In this document: piece after piece, positions 1 to 10,809 of the stretch
Layout: each line of letters starts with the position of its first letter
How positions within the stretch are numbered: position 1 is the stretch's first letter
Assembly: GCA_037200745.1 (NCBI GenBank)
Contig: JBBCHK010000009.1
Coordinates: 56,304 to 120,303, forward strand
Direction: 5' to 3'
From: Alphaproteobacteria bacterium
Lineage (GTDB): Bacteria; Pseudomonadota; Alphaproteobacteria; Rickettsiales; UBA3002
DNA length: 64,000 bases
Program-made: the position numbers and the translations under genes
The notes under the pieces: model-generated
What the model was told of the DNA's origin: nothing
What the model saw: the letters and a program-made list of their open reading frames with translations, nothing else
Database searches by the model: none

Positions 1-738
1 CCGGCGGCGAGATGCGCGCCGACTACGCGCGCGGCCACATCGAGCGCGCCGTGTTCCTCGACCTCGAAGCGGCGAGCGACCACCGCTCCGCGCTGCCCCA
101 CATGCTGCCGACGCCCGACGCTTTCCGCCGATCATGTCGGCGCGCACGGCATCGGCAACGCGCACGAGGTCGTCGTCTACGACCGTGTGGGCTGCTTCTC
201 CAGCGCCCGCTGGTGGTGGATGTTCCGTCGCCTTCGGCCACGAAAAGACCCGCGTGCTCGACGGTGGCCTGCCCGCATGGTTCGCCGCCGGCCACGAAGT
301 CACCGCGCGGCCGGCCGAGCCGCCACCGCAGCGGTTTCAGGCCGTGCTGCAGCCAAAGCGCCTCGCCACGCGCGACCATGTCGAGGACCAGCTCGCCAAG
401 GGCGGCGCGGTGCTCGATGCACGCTCGCCGGGCCGGTTCTGCGGCCCGCGAAAAGGAAACGCGCGCGGGATTGCGCAGCGGCCACATGCCCGGCACGATC
501 AACCTGCATTACGCATCGGTGCTGAACCCGGACGGCACCTTCCGCACGCCGGTGGAAATCCGCGCCATGGGTGCCGGGCCTGAAGCCGGACTCGCTTATC
601 ATCACCACCTGCGGCTCCGGCGTCACCGCCTGCATCATCGCCCTGGCGCTGGAGATCGCCGGCTTCCCCGACATCGCCGTCTATGACGGCTCCTGGGCCG
701 AATGGGGCGCCGGCGATTCACCGGTGGTCGCAGCCTGA
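1..738 (+). CDS. sseA: 3-mercaptopyruvate sulfurtransferase / rhodanese (5' truncated by window edge, several frameshifts)
   Basis: Fragments across frames: [54 protein letters not shown]; stop TGA at 736-738. Confidence 0.85.
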
Positions 739-744
739 AAGCCC

Positions 745-822
745 GTCATTCCCGCGAAGGCGGGAATCTCTCTCGAAGCTGGTGTGAGCGGATAAAGAGA
801 TTCCTGCCTTCGCAGGAATGAC
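745..822. repeat. Palindromic REP/RPE-like element, family A (GTCATTCCCGC...GGAATGAC)
   Basis: Two hairpin arms in inverted orientation with GTCA/TGAC ends, between convergent genes; similar copies at 22204, 38540, 52102. Confidence 0.85.
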
Positions 823-828
823 AAAAAA

Positions 829-2250
829 TTATTTCTTCGGGCTCACCATCTCCTCCGGCTTCACCCACTGGTCGAACTGCTTGGCGGTAAGCAGGCCGAG
901 GGCGAGCGCGGCTTCTTTCAGGGTGGTGCCTTCCTTGTGCGCCTTCTTGGCGACCTTTGCCGCGTTGTCGTAGCCGATATGCGGGTTGAGCGCGGTCACC
1001 AGCATCAGCGAATCGCTGAGGTGGCGCGCGATGAGCTCGCGGTTGGCCTCGATGCCCGCGACGCAATTGTCGGTGAAGCTCACCGAAGCATCGGCGAGCA
1101 GGCGGATCGACTGCAGCACGTTGTAAATGATCACCGGCTTGAACACGTTGAGCTCGAGATGCCCGTTGCTGCCGGCGATGGTGACGGTCACGTGGTTGCC
1201 CATGACCTGCGCCGCTACCATGGTCATCGCCTCGCACTGCGTCGGGTTGACCTTGCCGGGCATGATCGACGAGCCGGGCTCGTTCTCCGGCAGGTGGATC
1301 TCGCCGAGGCCGCAGCGCGGCCCGGAGCCGAGCAGGCGGATGTCGTTGGCGATCTTCATCAGGCTCACCGCCACCGTATTGAGCACGCCCGAAGCGTCCA
1401 CCAGCGCGTCGTGCGCGGCGAGCGCGGCGAATTTATTCGGCGCCGTGCGGAACGGCAGGCCGGTGATCTTCGCGACCTGCTCGGCGAATTTCTTGTCGAA
1501 GCCGACCCTGGTATTCAGCCCCGTGCCGACGGCAGTGCCGCCCTGCGCCAGCTCAAGCAGCCCGTGAAGCGCCCCTTTGTCGCCGAGGCGCATGATATTG
1601 TCGGCGATCTGCTGTGCGTAGCCGGAGAATTCCTGGCCGAGGGTGAGGGGGGTCGCGTCCTGCAGATGCGTGCGGCCGATCTTGACGATCTTGGCGAACT
1701 CCTTCGCCTTCCCGTCGAGCGCGGCGTGGAGCTTTTTCAGCGCCGGGATCAGCGACTTTTCGATCTGCATCGCGGCGGCGATATGCATCGCGGTGGGGAA
1801 GGAGTCGTTGCTCGACTGGCCCATGTTGACATGGTCGTTCGGGTGCACCGGCTTCTTGCTGCCCATCGTGCCGCCGAGCAGCTCGATCGCGCGGTTGGCG
1901 ATGACCTCGTTGGCGTTCATGTTGGTCTGCGTGCCCGAGCCGGTCTGCCAGACGACCAGCGGGAATTCGCCGTCATGCCTGCCCTGCGCCACTTCGCGCG
2001 CGGCCCTGACGATGGCGGCGCCGGTCTTTTTATCGAGCCCGCCCTGCGCCATGTTCACCGTCGCCGCGGCTTCCTTCAGCACGCCGAGCGCGCGGATGAG
2101 CGGCACCGGCATGCGCTCGCCGCCGATCCTGAAATTGGCGAGCGAGCGCCCGGTCTGCGCGCCCCAATAATGGTCGGCGGGCACGTCGATCGCGCCGAAA
2201 CTGTCCGTTTCGCGGCGGGTGGCGGATTGGATTTTCTTGGCGGAGGGCAT
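829..2250 (-). CDS. fumC: Class II fumarate hydratase
   Basis: [15 protein letters not shown] signature, [19 protein letters not shown]; start placed at MPSAKK because the ORF extension runs into a repeat. Confidence 0.97.
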   Translation of the reverse strand: MPSAKKIQSATRRETDSFGAIDVPADHYWGAQTGRSLANFRIGGERMPVPLIRALGVLKEAAATVNMAQGGLDKKTGAAIVRAAREVAQGRHDGEFPLVVWQTGSGTQTNMNANEVIANRAIELLGGTMGSKKPVHPNDHVNMGQSSNDSFPTAMHIAAAMQIEKSLIPALKKLHAALDGKAKEFAKIVKIGRTHLQDATPLTLGQEFSGYAQQIADNIMRLGDKGALHGLLELAQGGTAVGTGLNTRVGFDKKFAEQVAKITGLPFRTAPNKFAALAAHDALVDASGVLNTVAVSLMKIANDIRLLGSGPRCGLGEIHLPENEPGSSIMPGKVNPTQCEAMTMVAAQVMGNHVTVTIAGSNGHLELNVFKPVIIYNVLQSIRLLADASVSFTDNCVAGIEANRELIARHLSDSLMLVTALNPHIGYDNAAKVAKKAHKEGTTLKEAALALGLLTAKQFDQWVKPEEMVSPKK

Positions 2251-2262
2251 ATCTGGTATCCT

Positions 2263-2342
2263 GTCATTGCGAGGAGCGAAGCGACGCGGCAATCCAGCCT
2301 GCTGCAAGAAAACTGGATTGCTTCGCTGCCGCTCGCAATGAC
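2263..2342. repeat. Palindromic REP/RPE-like element, family B (GTCATTGCGAG...CTCGCAATGAC)
   Basis: 11-bp terminal inverted repeats with internal GCAATCCAG/CTGGATTGC; copies at 43435, 45928, 60651. Confidence 0.85.
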
Positions 2343-2378
2343 ATAAACAGGATTGAATCGCCCCGCAACGGAAAGAAC

Positions 2379-3000
2379 ATGCAGCCCGATTACTGGAAAA
2401 AAGCGCAGCGCGAGCTGTCGCGCAACTGCCCGACGATGAAGAAGCTCATCGCCGGCTACAAAGGCGAGCGCGGGCTGAGTGCGCGCGGCGACGGTTTCTA
2501 TACGCTGCTGCGCGCCATCGCCGGGCAGCAGATCTCGGTCAAGGCGGCGGATGCGGTCTGGCGCAAGCTGGAAAAATCCGTCGTGCCGCTGACGCCGCAA
2601 AGTCTCCTGCGCAAGCGCGACGCCAGCCTGCGCAAATGCGGATTCTCGGCGCAGAAAGTCCTCTACGCGAAGAACGTCGCGAAATTCTTCGCCGGGAACC
2701 ATGTGGACGCTGGCTACTGGGCGGCGCGCACGGACGAGGAGATCATCAAGGAGCTGACCTCCATCAAGGGCATCGGCACCTGGACGGCGGAAATGTTCCT
2801 GATCTTCCACCTGCTTCGCCCGGATGTACTCCCCCTGAAAGACCTCGGCCTCGTCAAGGCCATCGACCCGCCATTATAATTCAGGAAAATCAATGGATAA
2901 GAAGCAATACTTAATGTTGGCGGAGCGTTGGCGCCCCTACCGGACGGTCGCCACCTGGTATCTCTGGCGCGCACTTGACCCGGCGCCGGTCTCCTATTGA
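2379..3000 (+). CDS. alkA: DNA-3-methyladenine glycosylase II (HhH-GPD family), frameshift near 2870
   Basis: [36 protein letters not shown]-terminus [15 protein letters not shown] in another frame, ending TGA 2998-3000. Confidence 0.85.
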
Positions 3001-3087
3001 GCGGCCTTCCTTAACTTATCCCCTTTAAAATTCAGGGAATGCGCACTTTGTCATCAAACCGTCATGTGGGGGTGCTAGTCTGATGTC

Positions 3088-4169
3088 ATGACTGGCAGCC
3101 CTACATATGTGGCCCTCGATACGACAGGCGCGGTAATCCCCGGCAGCTTCAGCGCGGGCTACGACACGGAGCTGCAGGACCCGGCCTCGACCACCAAGGC
3201 ATGGACCTTCTACACGGTGCTGGCTCTCATCCGCGACCACCGCATCCCGCAGGATTTCCTGGCGACGCACGCCAACGCCATTCGCCGCATGCTCGTCTTC
3301 TCGGACAACAACTGCGCCATGCAGGTCGCCTCCGATGCGGCGAAAGCGGCCGGCCGCGACGGCACGATCACCAACGCGTACCTCACCGAAGTCCCGGGCT
3401 TCGCCGACCTGATGAACGAATATGCAGGCAAGGCCGGGCTCGACCATACCCATTTCAAGACGGCATCGGGCATGCCGGAGCAGGGCCATTATTCCACCGC
3501 GCTCGACATGGCGCGCATGATGTGGCACCTGCGGCACGACTTCAACGGCACGCCGGTCGAAGGCGCGGTCGGCCTCGCCGGGCTCGACAGCTACCAGGGC
3601 CGCGCCAATACCGGCGCGCGCGTGCTGCACCAGGACGGCGGCACCAACCTGGCGAAGACCGGCACCGCGCGCGGCATTTACGGAAGCGACGGGAAATATT
3701 CCTTCGTCGGCGCGACCGACCATGGCACTTACGCGCTGGCGGGCGTCGCCACGTCGGACGACCGGGCTTCCCTCGCGCGGGCGCTGGCGAACCGCACGAA
3801 CAACGTGCAGGCCGCCTTCCCGCGCCTCGCCGATCCCGGCACTTCTCCGCTACAGCCCCGATGACGATCCGGCGGAAGTCGAACGCCGCCGCGCCGCCTC
3901 CAACGCGCACGACGAATTCAGCGATCCGGGCGCGATCGATTCCGGCCTGATCGGCCTGATCAAGTCGTTCCTGGAAGCCATCATGTCGGCATTCTCGGCA
4001 TTGTTCGGGACAGCGACGCCTTCGCAGCAGCAGCCCGACGCCAACGGCGGCCGGCACGACGTCGCACCCGGTGCCGACCCCGCGCCCGCCGCTGCCCACG
4101 CCGGCCGCGCCGCCGCAACGAGGCGCGCCGCCGCAACGAGGCGCGCCGCCGCCGACACCGACGCACTGA
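3088..4169 (+). CDS. D-Ala-D-Ala carboxypeptidase-like serine hydrolase (peptidase S11 fold) with probable frameshifted C-terminal extension
   Basis: PASTTK (SxxK), FSDN (SxN), HFKTASGM...HYSTALDMA, KTG triad; coding-like continuation to a Pro-rich tail ending TGA 4167-4169. Confidence 0.7.
4107..4152 (+). repeat. 18-bp tandem repeat (GCGCCGCCGCAACGAGGC x2.5) encoding APPQRG
   Basis: Read directly from the sequence. Confidence 0.85.
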
Positions 4170-4230
4170 CCGAAGCGGCTTTCCCAACGATCGTCATCAA
4201 CCTGTCATATAATCGCGTTACTATGAGAGC

Positions 4231-5243
4231 ATGTCCGGGCACGACATGCATTCTCACCACCACCATTCCCCGCATCGCCATCACCGCGATTATTCGGAGG
4301 CGGTGCTCGACCGGCGCGGCCGGCTGATCGAGGCGCTCAGCTACAACTGGACCAACCGGGAGGATCCCGCCCTCGACCACCAAGCTGTGGACGCTGTACA
4401 CGATCGGTACGCTGATGAAGGAAGGCGTGCTGCACAAGGATTTCATCCGCCGGCACCGCACCGACATCGACCTGATGCTCATCCGCTCCGACAACGAGGC
4501 CGCGCTGCGGGTGGCGGAGGCGGCCGGCGGCTCGGTCCATGCCTTCTGCTACCTGATGAACGACGTCGCCGCGCGGCCCGGCAGCCACCTGCCGCATTCG
4601 CATTTCGTGACGCCCAACGGCATGCCGCAGGAAGGCCATTACAGCACCGCCGGGGACATGGCGCACATCCCGTTCTACCTGGAGCGCGATTTCCCCGCGA
4701 CTGGCGAAGCTGGCGGCGCAACCGCACCTGAGCGTCCCCGATATCGAGCGCTACCGCGAGATGCACGGCCACTATCCCGGCTCGGGCCTCGACCGGCTGG
4801 CGCACAACGCGGCGCACCACCACCACCATTTCGGCGCTGCCGACATCAAGCGGTTCTACGCCGAGCCGCACCACGCGCACTTCATCCGGAACACCGGGCA
4901 TGCGCTGATCGGCCATGCCGTCACCTTCGGCAAGACCGGCACCGGCGACAGCATCGACGATCCGCACGGCTTCGACGGCTACGGCTCGCACGGCCGCACC
5001 GCCTTCGTCGGCGGCATCCCGCATGTGGGCTATATCGCCGTCGCCGGGGTGCACGGCCACGACCTGCGCAACCGGCTGGTGAACGAGGCGGCCCACGTCC
5101 TGCGCGAGCTGCACGGCCACGCCGCGGGTCACGCCGCCCCGCTGCACGGCGCGCATGCCGATGAGATCGGGCCGCCGCCGGCCGTTCCGGGCCATCATCC
5201 GGCGCCGGGCGGGCACCCTAAGCACGGCCACGCGCCCCGATAA
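4231..5243 (+). CDS. Second, His-rich S11-like serine hydrolase paralogue (frameshifted)
   Basis: Joined frames give EDPASTTKLWT, RSDNEAA, HFVTPNGMPQEGHYSTAGDMA, FGKTGTG; many His runs. Confidence 0.7.
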
Positions 5244-5288
5244 GCATAATTTCGTTGCCGCACGGAAGCTTCCGGCTAAGATGCGGCC

Positions 5289-6598
<1,310 letters not shown>

Positions 6599-6601
6599 GC
6601 C

Positions 6602-6886
6602 ATGTCGGACGTTGCCAGCCCTCCAGTCTCCGCAGAAGAAAAGGCCGCCGCGGAGGCTGCCTTCCGGCAGGCGGCGCGCGATTTCGGTCACGCGCGCGCC
6701 ATCTACCAGGCCGACGCAGGGCAGCAGGAACTTTTTAAGACCCGCAGGGACGCTTTTCAGGCCGCTCGCTCGAAAGCCGCCGACGCCGGCGTCTCCACCA
6801 TCGAAGCCATCGCTACCGCCGAGAAGAAAGCGGGCAGGCGGCAGGCGGAAGCGGAGCTCGGCGAAAGTGCCGATATAATCCGATGA
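6602..6886 (+). CDS. Hypothetical protein (94 aa, helical)
   Basis: ORF packed between purB and HIT gene with ATGA overlap. Confidence 0.6.
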   Translation: MSDVASPPVSAEEKAAAEAAFRQAARDFGHARAIYQADAGQQELFKTRRDAFQAARSKAADAGVSTIEAIATAEKKAGRRQAEAELGESADIIR

Positions 6887-7305
6887 CAGAGGCGTTCGAG
6901 ATCGATCCCCGCCTCGCGCGCGATTCGCTGTTCGTCACCAACCTGCCGCTGTGCAACGTGCGGCTGATGGACAACAAGAAATTCCCGTGGCTCATCCTCG
7001 TGCCGCGCCGGGCGGGCCTCACCGAATGGATCGACCTGCCGCGCGAGGACCAGCACGGCCTGAGCGACGAGATCGCCGTCGTCTCCCACATTCTTAAAGC
7101 GCTGGCGACGCCGGACAAGCTGAACGTCGCCGCCCTCGGCAACCAGGTGGGGCAGCTGCACGTCCACGTCATCGCCCGCTATAAGGCCGATGCAGCATGG
7201 CCCGACCCCGTCTGGGGCGCCGAGCGCGAATATTACGCCGAGGAAGAATCGCGTAAATTCATCTACGAACTGAAGACCGCGCTGGATTCGCTGCAGTTAG
7301 CTTGA
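6883..7305 (+). CDS. HIT family hydrolase
   Basis: FPWLILVPRR, KLNVAALGNQVGQLHVHVIARY (HxH variant of the HIT motif). Confidence 0.9.
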   Translation: MTEAFEIDPRLARDSLFVTNLPLCNVRLMDNKKFPWLILVPRRAGLTEWIDLPREDQHGLSDEIAVVSHILKALATPDKLNVAALGNQVGQLHVHVIARYKADAAWPDPVWGAEREYYAEEESRKFIYELKTALDSLQLA

Positions 7306-7347
7306 CAGGCCGAAGGTTTTGTCTAGGTTACCCGACTCGTTACGGGC

Positions 7348-7422
7348 GGCTCGGTAGCTCAGCGGTAGAGCAGGGGAATCATAATCCCTTGGTCGGGTGT
7401 TCAAATCACCCCCGAGCCACCA
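7348..7422 (+). tRNA. tRNA-Met (CAT), probably elongator; integration target
   Basis: Cloverleaf: GGCTCGG/CCGAGCC acceptor stem, anticodon arm GGGGA-ATCATAA-TCCCT, T arm GGGTG-TTCAAAT-CACCC, encoded CCA. Confidence 0.93.
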
Positions 7423-7470
7423 TTTCTTTCAATGGGTTAGGTCGCCTCCCTGCTGGTGGGAAGGAATGGC

Positions 7471-7543
7471 AAGTACCGTGAAAGTACCGTTTGCTGCGGG
7501 AGGTTCGGCCCGGACGGCGCTGAAAAAGGGGGAAACGGTGCTT
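7471..7543. promoter_or_regulatory. Putative integrase arm-type sites (left end)
   Basis: AAGTACCGT at 7471 and 7482, inverted AAGCACCGT at 7535-7543; same motif recurs at the right end. Confidence 0.65.
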
Positions 7544-7567
7544 GAAAGCAGTCCCTCCTTCACTGCA

Positions 7568-8277
7568 TCATCGATCGCAGAATTCCAGCAAGGTTTTGGC
7601 GTATGCCTTGGCAGGAACGGCAACCCATTTGGGTGTCGCCCACAAGCAACCAGAAGGCCAACTCAGCCAGCATGATGCCTGCAAGGGTCAGTGCAACCGG
7701 GGTGGTCAAAATCGGAACTACAAATCCGCCTATAAAAAGCAGGTCAATGGCCAGCGTACCCAGGGATGCAGATACCGACCCCTACGGCCTTCATCGCCCA
7801 AAGATTGCGGCGGAATCCGTAGGAGATATTTTCGACCAACAGCAATTCATTGGTCGCTTTATCCCGCGTTCTCGCCCGTAACCAATCCGTAGCTGAGTCG
7901 TACATTCGATCCGCAGCCGCTGGATCAACCATTTCTTGTTGAACAGTCGGCAGGTGAAACCCCGGTACGTTTGCGGCGAGGTACTGGTGGTATCGCTGCT
8001 TGGTTGCCGGTGACAGACAAGAATCCGTGTGACGCAAAAGTCGCGTTGTCGGTTTACCGCCCATCCGTTCAAACAGGCCGCTTTCCTTCCGCTTGCCCAT
8101 GTCCCGACCGCACTGGCCTAGCAGAAAAATTAACGCGGCCGACAGGCCCACCGCTGAGATGCCGCCTAGTAGCTTCCAAACAGAAGGTAGCACAAGGAAC
8201 AGCACCAGCAGCAGTGGGCTTGAAACGATCAGCGCCGGAAGCAAGCGGGCGCAGTAGGTGTACCGGTCGAGCTTCAT
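7568..8277 (-). CDS. Uncharacterised ~4-TM membrane protein (frameshifted near 7775 and 7640)
   Basis: Two N-terminal hydrophobic helices, soluble domain with ENISYGFRRNL, then in shifted frames two more TM segments and WVAVPAKAYAKTLLEFCDR*; ATGA overlap with the MBL gene. Confidence 0.7.
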
Positions 8278-9395
8278 GCGTCCTCTGTGACCTCCTCGTA
8301 GCTTTCCACGACGTCATGGAAAGGAATTTGCGGTGCCGGGCCCCAGCCTGCGCGAGCAGGCATATTATGGTGATGGCGGGTGGTGCTGCCTTGCGTTCCC
8401 GTCACAGCGGCGCCACGACGACGAAATGCATTCGTGACTACCTTTCGAGGATGGGTTTTTGAATCCTTCGACGCAGAAACGCACGCTGAAAGAGACGATG
8501 AACGGGTGGCGCCTTCTGCCAGTGGTTTACCGATCAGGCGGTTAAGGAGACTCGGAGATACGTTTCGGCGGCTGCCATGATGCGGGATTTGAACAAACCG
8601 TAGTTCATGGAGCGGAAGCATCGTTGCCTGAGCGAAATCCATCGCATGAGTCAGAGCGCGAATCCCGGCGTCGCCGGTCAGCAGTACGCCCCGGCCTTCG
8701 ATGCTGGCAAACAGCACGACACTGGTTTCGTTGAGCGGCGACGTTTTGCCATCTTCACGCAGCGTTTCGATGCCCCACGTTTCACCCACCATGCGTGCGA
8801 GAGCCTCCGCACCAGCGTCCATGGCATTTTTCAGCATATCGAGCAGACTTCGGCCCAGCGATTCTTCTGAATCCCCGTATTCTTCGACGAGCAGCTCTTT
8901 ATAAAAATCGAGGGTAGGAGAAAGCACCTCAAAAATACCGATATGGCTACCTTGAAGTGGCTCGTGTACCGAAATACCGCGATCTTCCGCCATGCCTTCC
9001 AACTCGTGCGCGGTGCTCAAGGATTTTTGAATGTTTGCGGTTAGGCTCTTATGGGTCACGCGCCCATCGGCAACATAATCGTGAACATGATGGCTGTGGT
9101 TCCAAGGGCGATGCATCCAGAGCTCGCCTACTTCCATTTCTTCCATGACCACACGAAGACCGGAGGAGTGATCGTTGTCAGGATGGGTGCATACCATGTA
9201 GTCTACCCTGGTGGTGCCGTAGAATTCTTTGATGTGCTCGACGAGTTTTGCGCCGGACTCCCTTGTACCACCATCCACGACCATTACCTTGTAGCCGGTA
9301 CTGCTATTGCCGTACCGCACTGCGATTGCATCGCCGCTTTTGTCTCCATTGCCCACCGGCAGCATGTCGATTTCGTAACCAAATTGCTCGCTCAT
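8274..9395 (-). CDS. Metallo-beta-lactamase-fold hydrolase (ComEC/Rec2-like nuclease domain, standalone)
   Basis: VGNGD..GDAI, VDGG, THPDNDH (HxDxDH), LTGDAG, QIPHHGS, HP motifs. Confidence 0.88.
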   Translation of the reverse strand: MSEQFGYEIDMLPVGNGDKSGDAIAVRYGNSSTGYKVMVVDGGTRESGAKLVEHIKEFYGTTRVDYMVCTHPDNDHSSGLRVVMEEMEVGELWMHRPWNHSHHVHDYVADGRVTHKSLTANIQKSLSTAHELEGMAEDRGISVHEPLQGSHIGIFEVLSPTLDFYKELLVEEYGDSEESLGRSLLDMLKNAMDAGAEALARMVGETWGIETLREDGKTSPLNETSVVLFASIEGRGVLLTGDAGIRALTHAMDFAQATMLPLHELRFVQIPHHGSRRNVSPSLLNRLIGKPLAEGATRSSSLSACVSASKDSKTHPRKVVTNAFRRRGAAVTGTQGSTTRHHHNMPARAGWGPAPQIPFHDVVESYEEVTEDA

Positions 9396-9408
9396 AAACG
9401 TTTCCTAT

Positions 9409-9511
9409 GTTATGTTACCCGCACACCATCAATACGCAATCGTGCGGCATATCGAACGTAATAAGGCATTAATATGCCTTGTCAAGGACGATTTTGTCCG
9501 TTATACCGCAC
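9409..9511. promoter_or_regulatory. Divergent promoter region with putative repressor operators
   Basis: GTGCGGCATATCGAAC (9442-9457) and inverted GTCCGTTATACCGCAC (9496-9511), 13/16 identical, flank AAGGCAT-N4-ATGCCTT (9463-9480). Confidence 0.6.
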
Positions 9512-9544
9512 AGCAGATTACGCCGCAGATTTACAGGGAGAATT

Positions 9545-9880
9545 ATGTCTTTAACGCTTGGGGAAAAGATAAAAAAACTTCGCACTGACCTCGACTTGTC
9601 GCTCGATAAAACAGCGACGATGGCCGAGTTAAGCAAAAGCTACCTGTGGGAATTGGAGAATCCACGTGCAGGCAAGAAGCCGCTCAAACCTTCCGCAGAA
9701 ATTCTTACCCGAATAGCTGCGGTACTGAAAGTGACACCGGAATTTTTGCTCGACGAAAAACAGGCGGAGCCAAAAAATGAAGTTCTGAAAGAGGCTTTTT
9801 TTAGGAAATTTAGTCAGCTCGATGAAGAGGATCAGCAGAAGTTCGAGGAAATGATGGATTTGTGGGGCAAGAAAAAATGA
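9545..9880 (+). CDS. XRE-family HTH repressor (CapH-like)
   Basis: LGEKIKKLR...LSLDKTA...LSKSYLWELEN...PSAEILTRIAAVLKVTPEFLL; GGGAG RBS; ATGA overlap with peptidase. Confidence 0.9.
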   Translation: MSLTLGEKIKKLRTDLDLSLDKTATMAELSKSYLWELENPRAGKKPLKPSAEILTRIAAVLKVTPEFLLDEKQAEPKNEVLKEAFFRKFSQLDEEDQQKFEEMMDLWGKKK

Positions 9881-10809
9881 CCCTGCCGACCACACCTGAA
9901 CACTGGGCCATCCATCTATCCCGCCTATTGAAAATGGTGCAGGATGCTCACGGTGGTAGCCGATTTCCAATTAACATCGCCGGTATTGCACAAGATTACT
10001 CGCGCCAAGTTTACCCTGATGAGCCGATAACCTTGGTTCAGGGCATGAGGATGTCTCCGAAATTTGAGGGGGCATTTTTTCCTAGCCCGCACAAAAAGGG
10101 AGAATGGGGAATCGCGTATAACGAGAATATCCAATCGCGGGGACGGAAGAATTTTACCCTGGCACACGAACTCGGACACTATCTTCTACATCGAAAAACT
10201 TCTCCTAGCGGCATCGAGTGCGAGCCTCGCCATATGCTCGACTGGAAATCAGAATATGCACAAATCGAGGCACAAGCGAACATCTTTGCATCATACCTGC
10301 TGATGCCTCTGGACGATGTACGCGAACAGATCGCGGGACAAAAACCAACAATGGCGCTGATGGAACACCTCGCCAATCGATATGAGGTTTCTCGTGTCGC
10401 TGCTATTTTGAAGTGGCTTGATATGACAGATAAGCGCGCCATGCTCGTCGTAGGCAAAGATGGCTTTATTGATTGGTCGCGTTCAAGCGAACCGCTTTTG
10501 AAATCAGGTGTCTTTTACAGAGCGAAGCAGGAAACAACGGAGCTTCCTGCTGCATCGCTTGCCGCGAAACGCGATCCACTTTTCGACAACTTTACAGGCT
10601 TGAAACATACTAAGGGAGTGTGGCTTGGTAACGAAGATGTCCTGGAGATGACAGTTCTCGCTAAAACTGGAGAAATCACTACAACACTGCTGATTTATCC
10701 CGATGATGCACCTGTCAGGTTCGCAGAGCGTGAGGAAGAGCCGGAATTAATGGACGCTTACGATAAGTTTTCTAATAAAGTCGGGGGCGATTATGTTGAA
10801 TATAAATAA
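9877..10809 (+). CDS. ImmA/IrrE-family Zn metallopeptidase (CapP-like)
   Basis: RKNFTLAHELGHYLLH (HExxH), EAQANIFASYLLMP, LANRYEVS; extended C-terminal domain. Confidence 0.92.
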   Translation: MTLPTTPEHWAIHLSRLLKMVQDAHGGSRFPINIAGIAQDYSRQVYPDEPITLVQGMRMSPKFEGAFFPSPHKKGEWGIAYNENIQSRGRKNFTLAHELGHYLLHRKTSPSGIECEPRHMLDWKSEYAQIEAQANIFASYLLMPLDDVREQIAGQKPTMALMEHLANRYEVSRVAAILKWLDMTDKRAMLVVGKDGFIDWSRSSEPLLKSGVFYRAKQETTELPAASLAAKRDPLFDNFTGLKHTKGVWLGNEDVLEMTVLAKTGEITTTLLIYPDDAPVRFAEREEEPELMDAYDKFSNKVGGDYVEYK

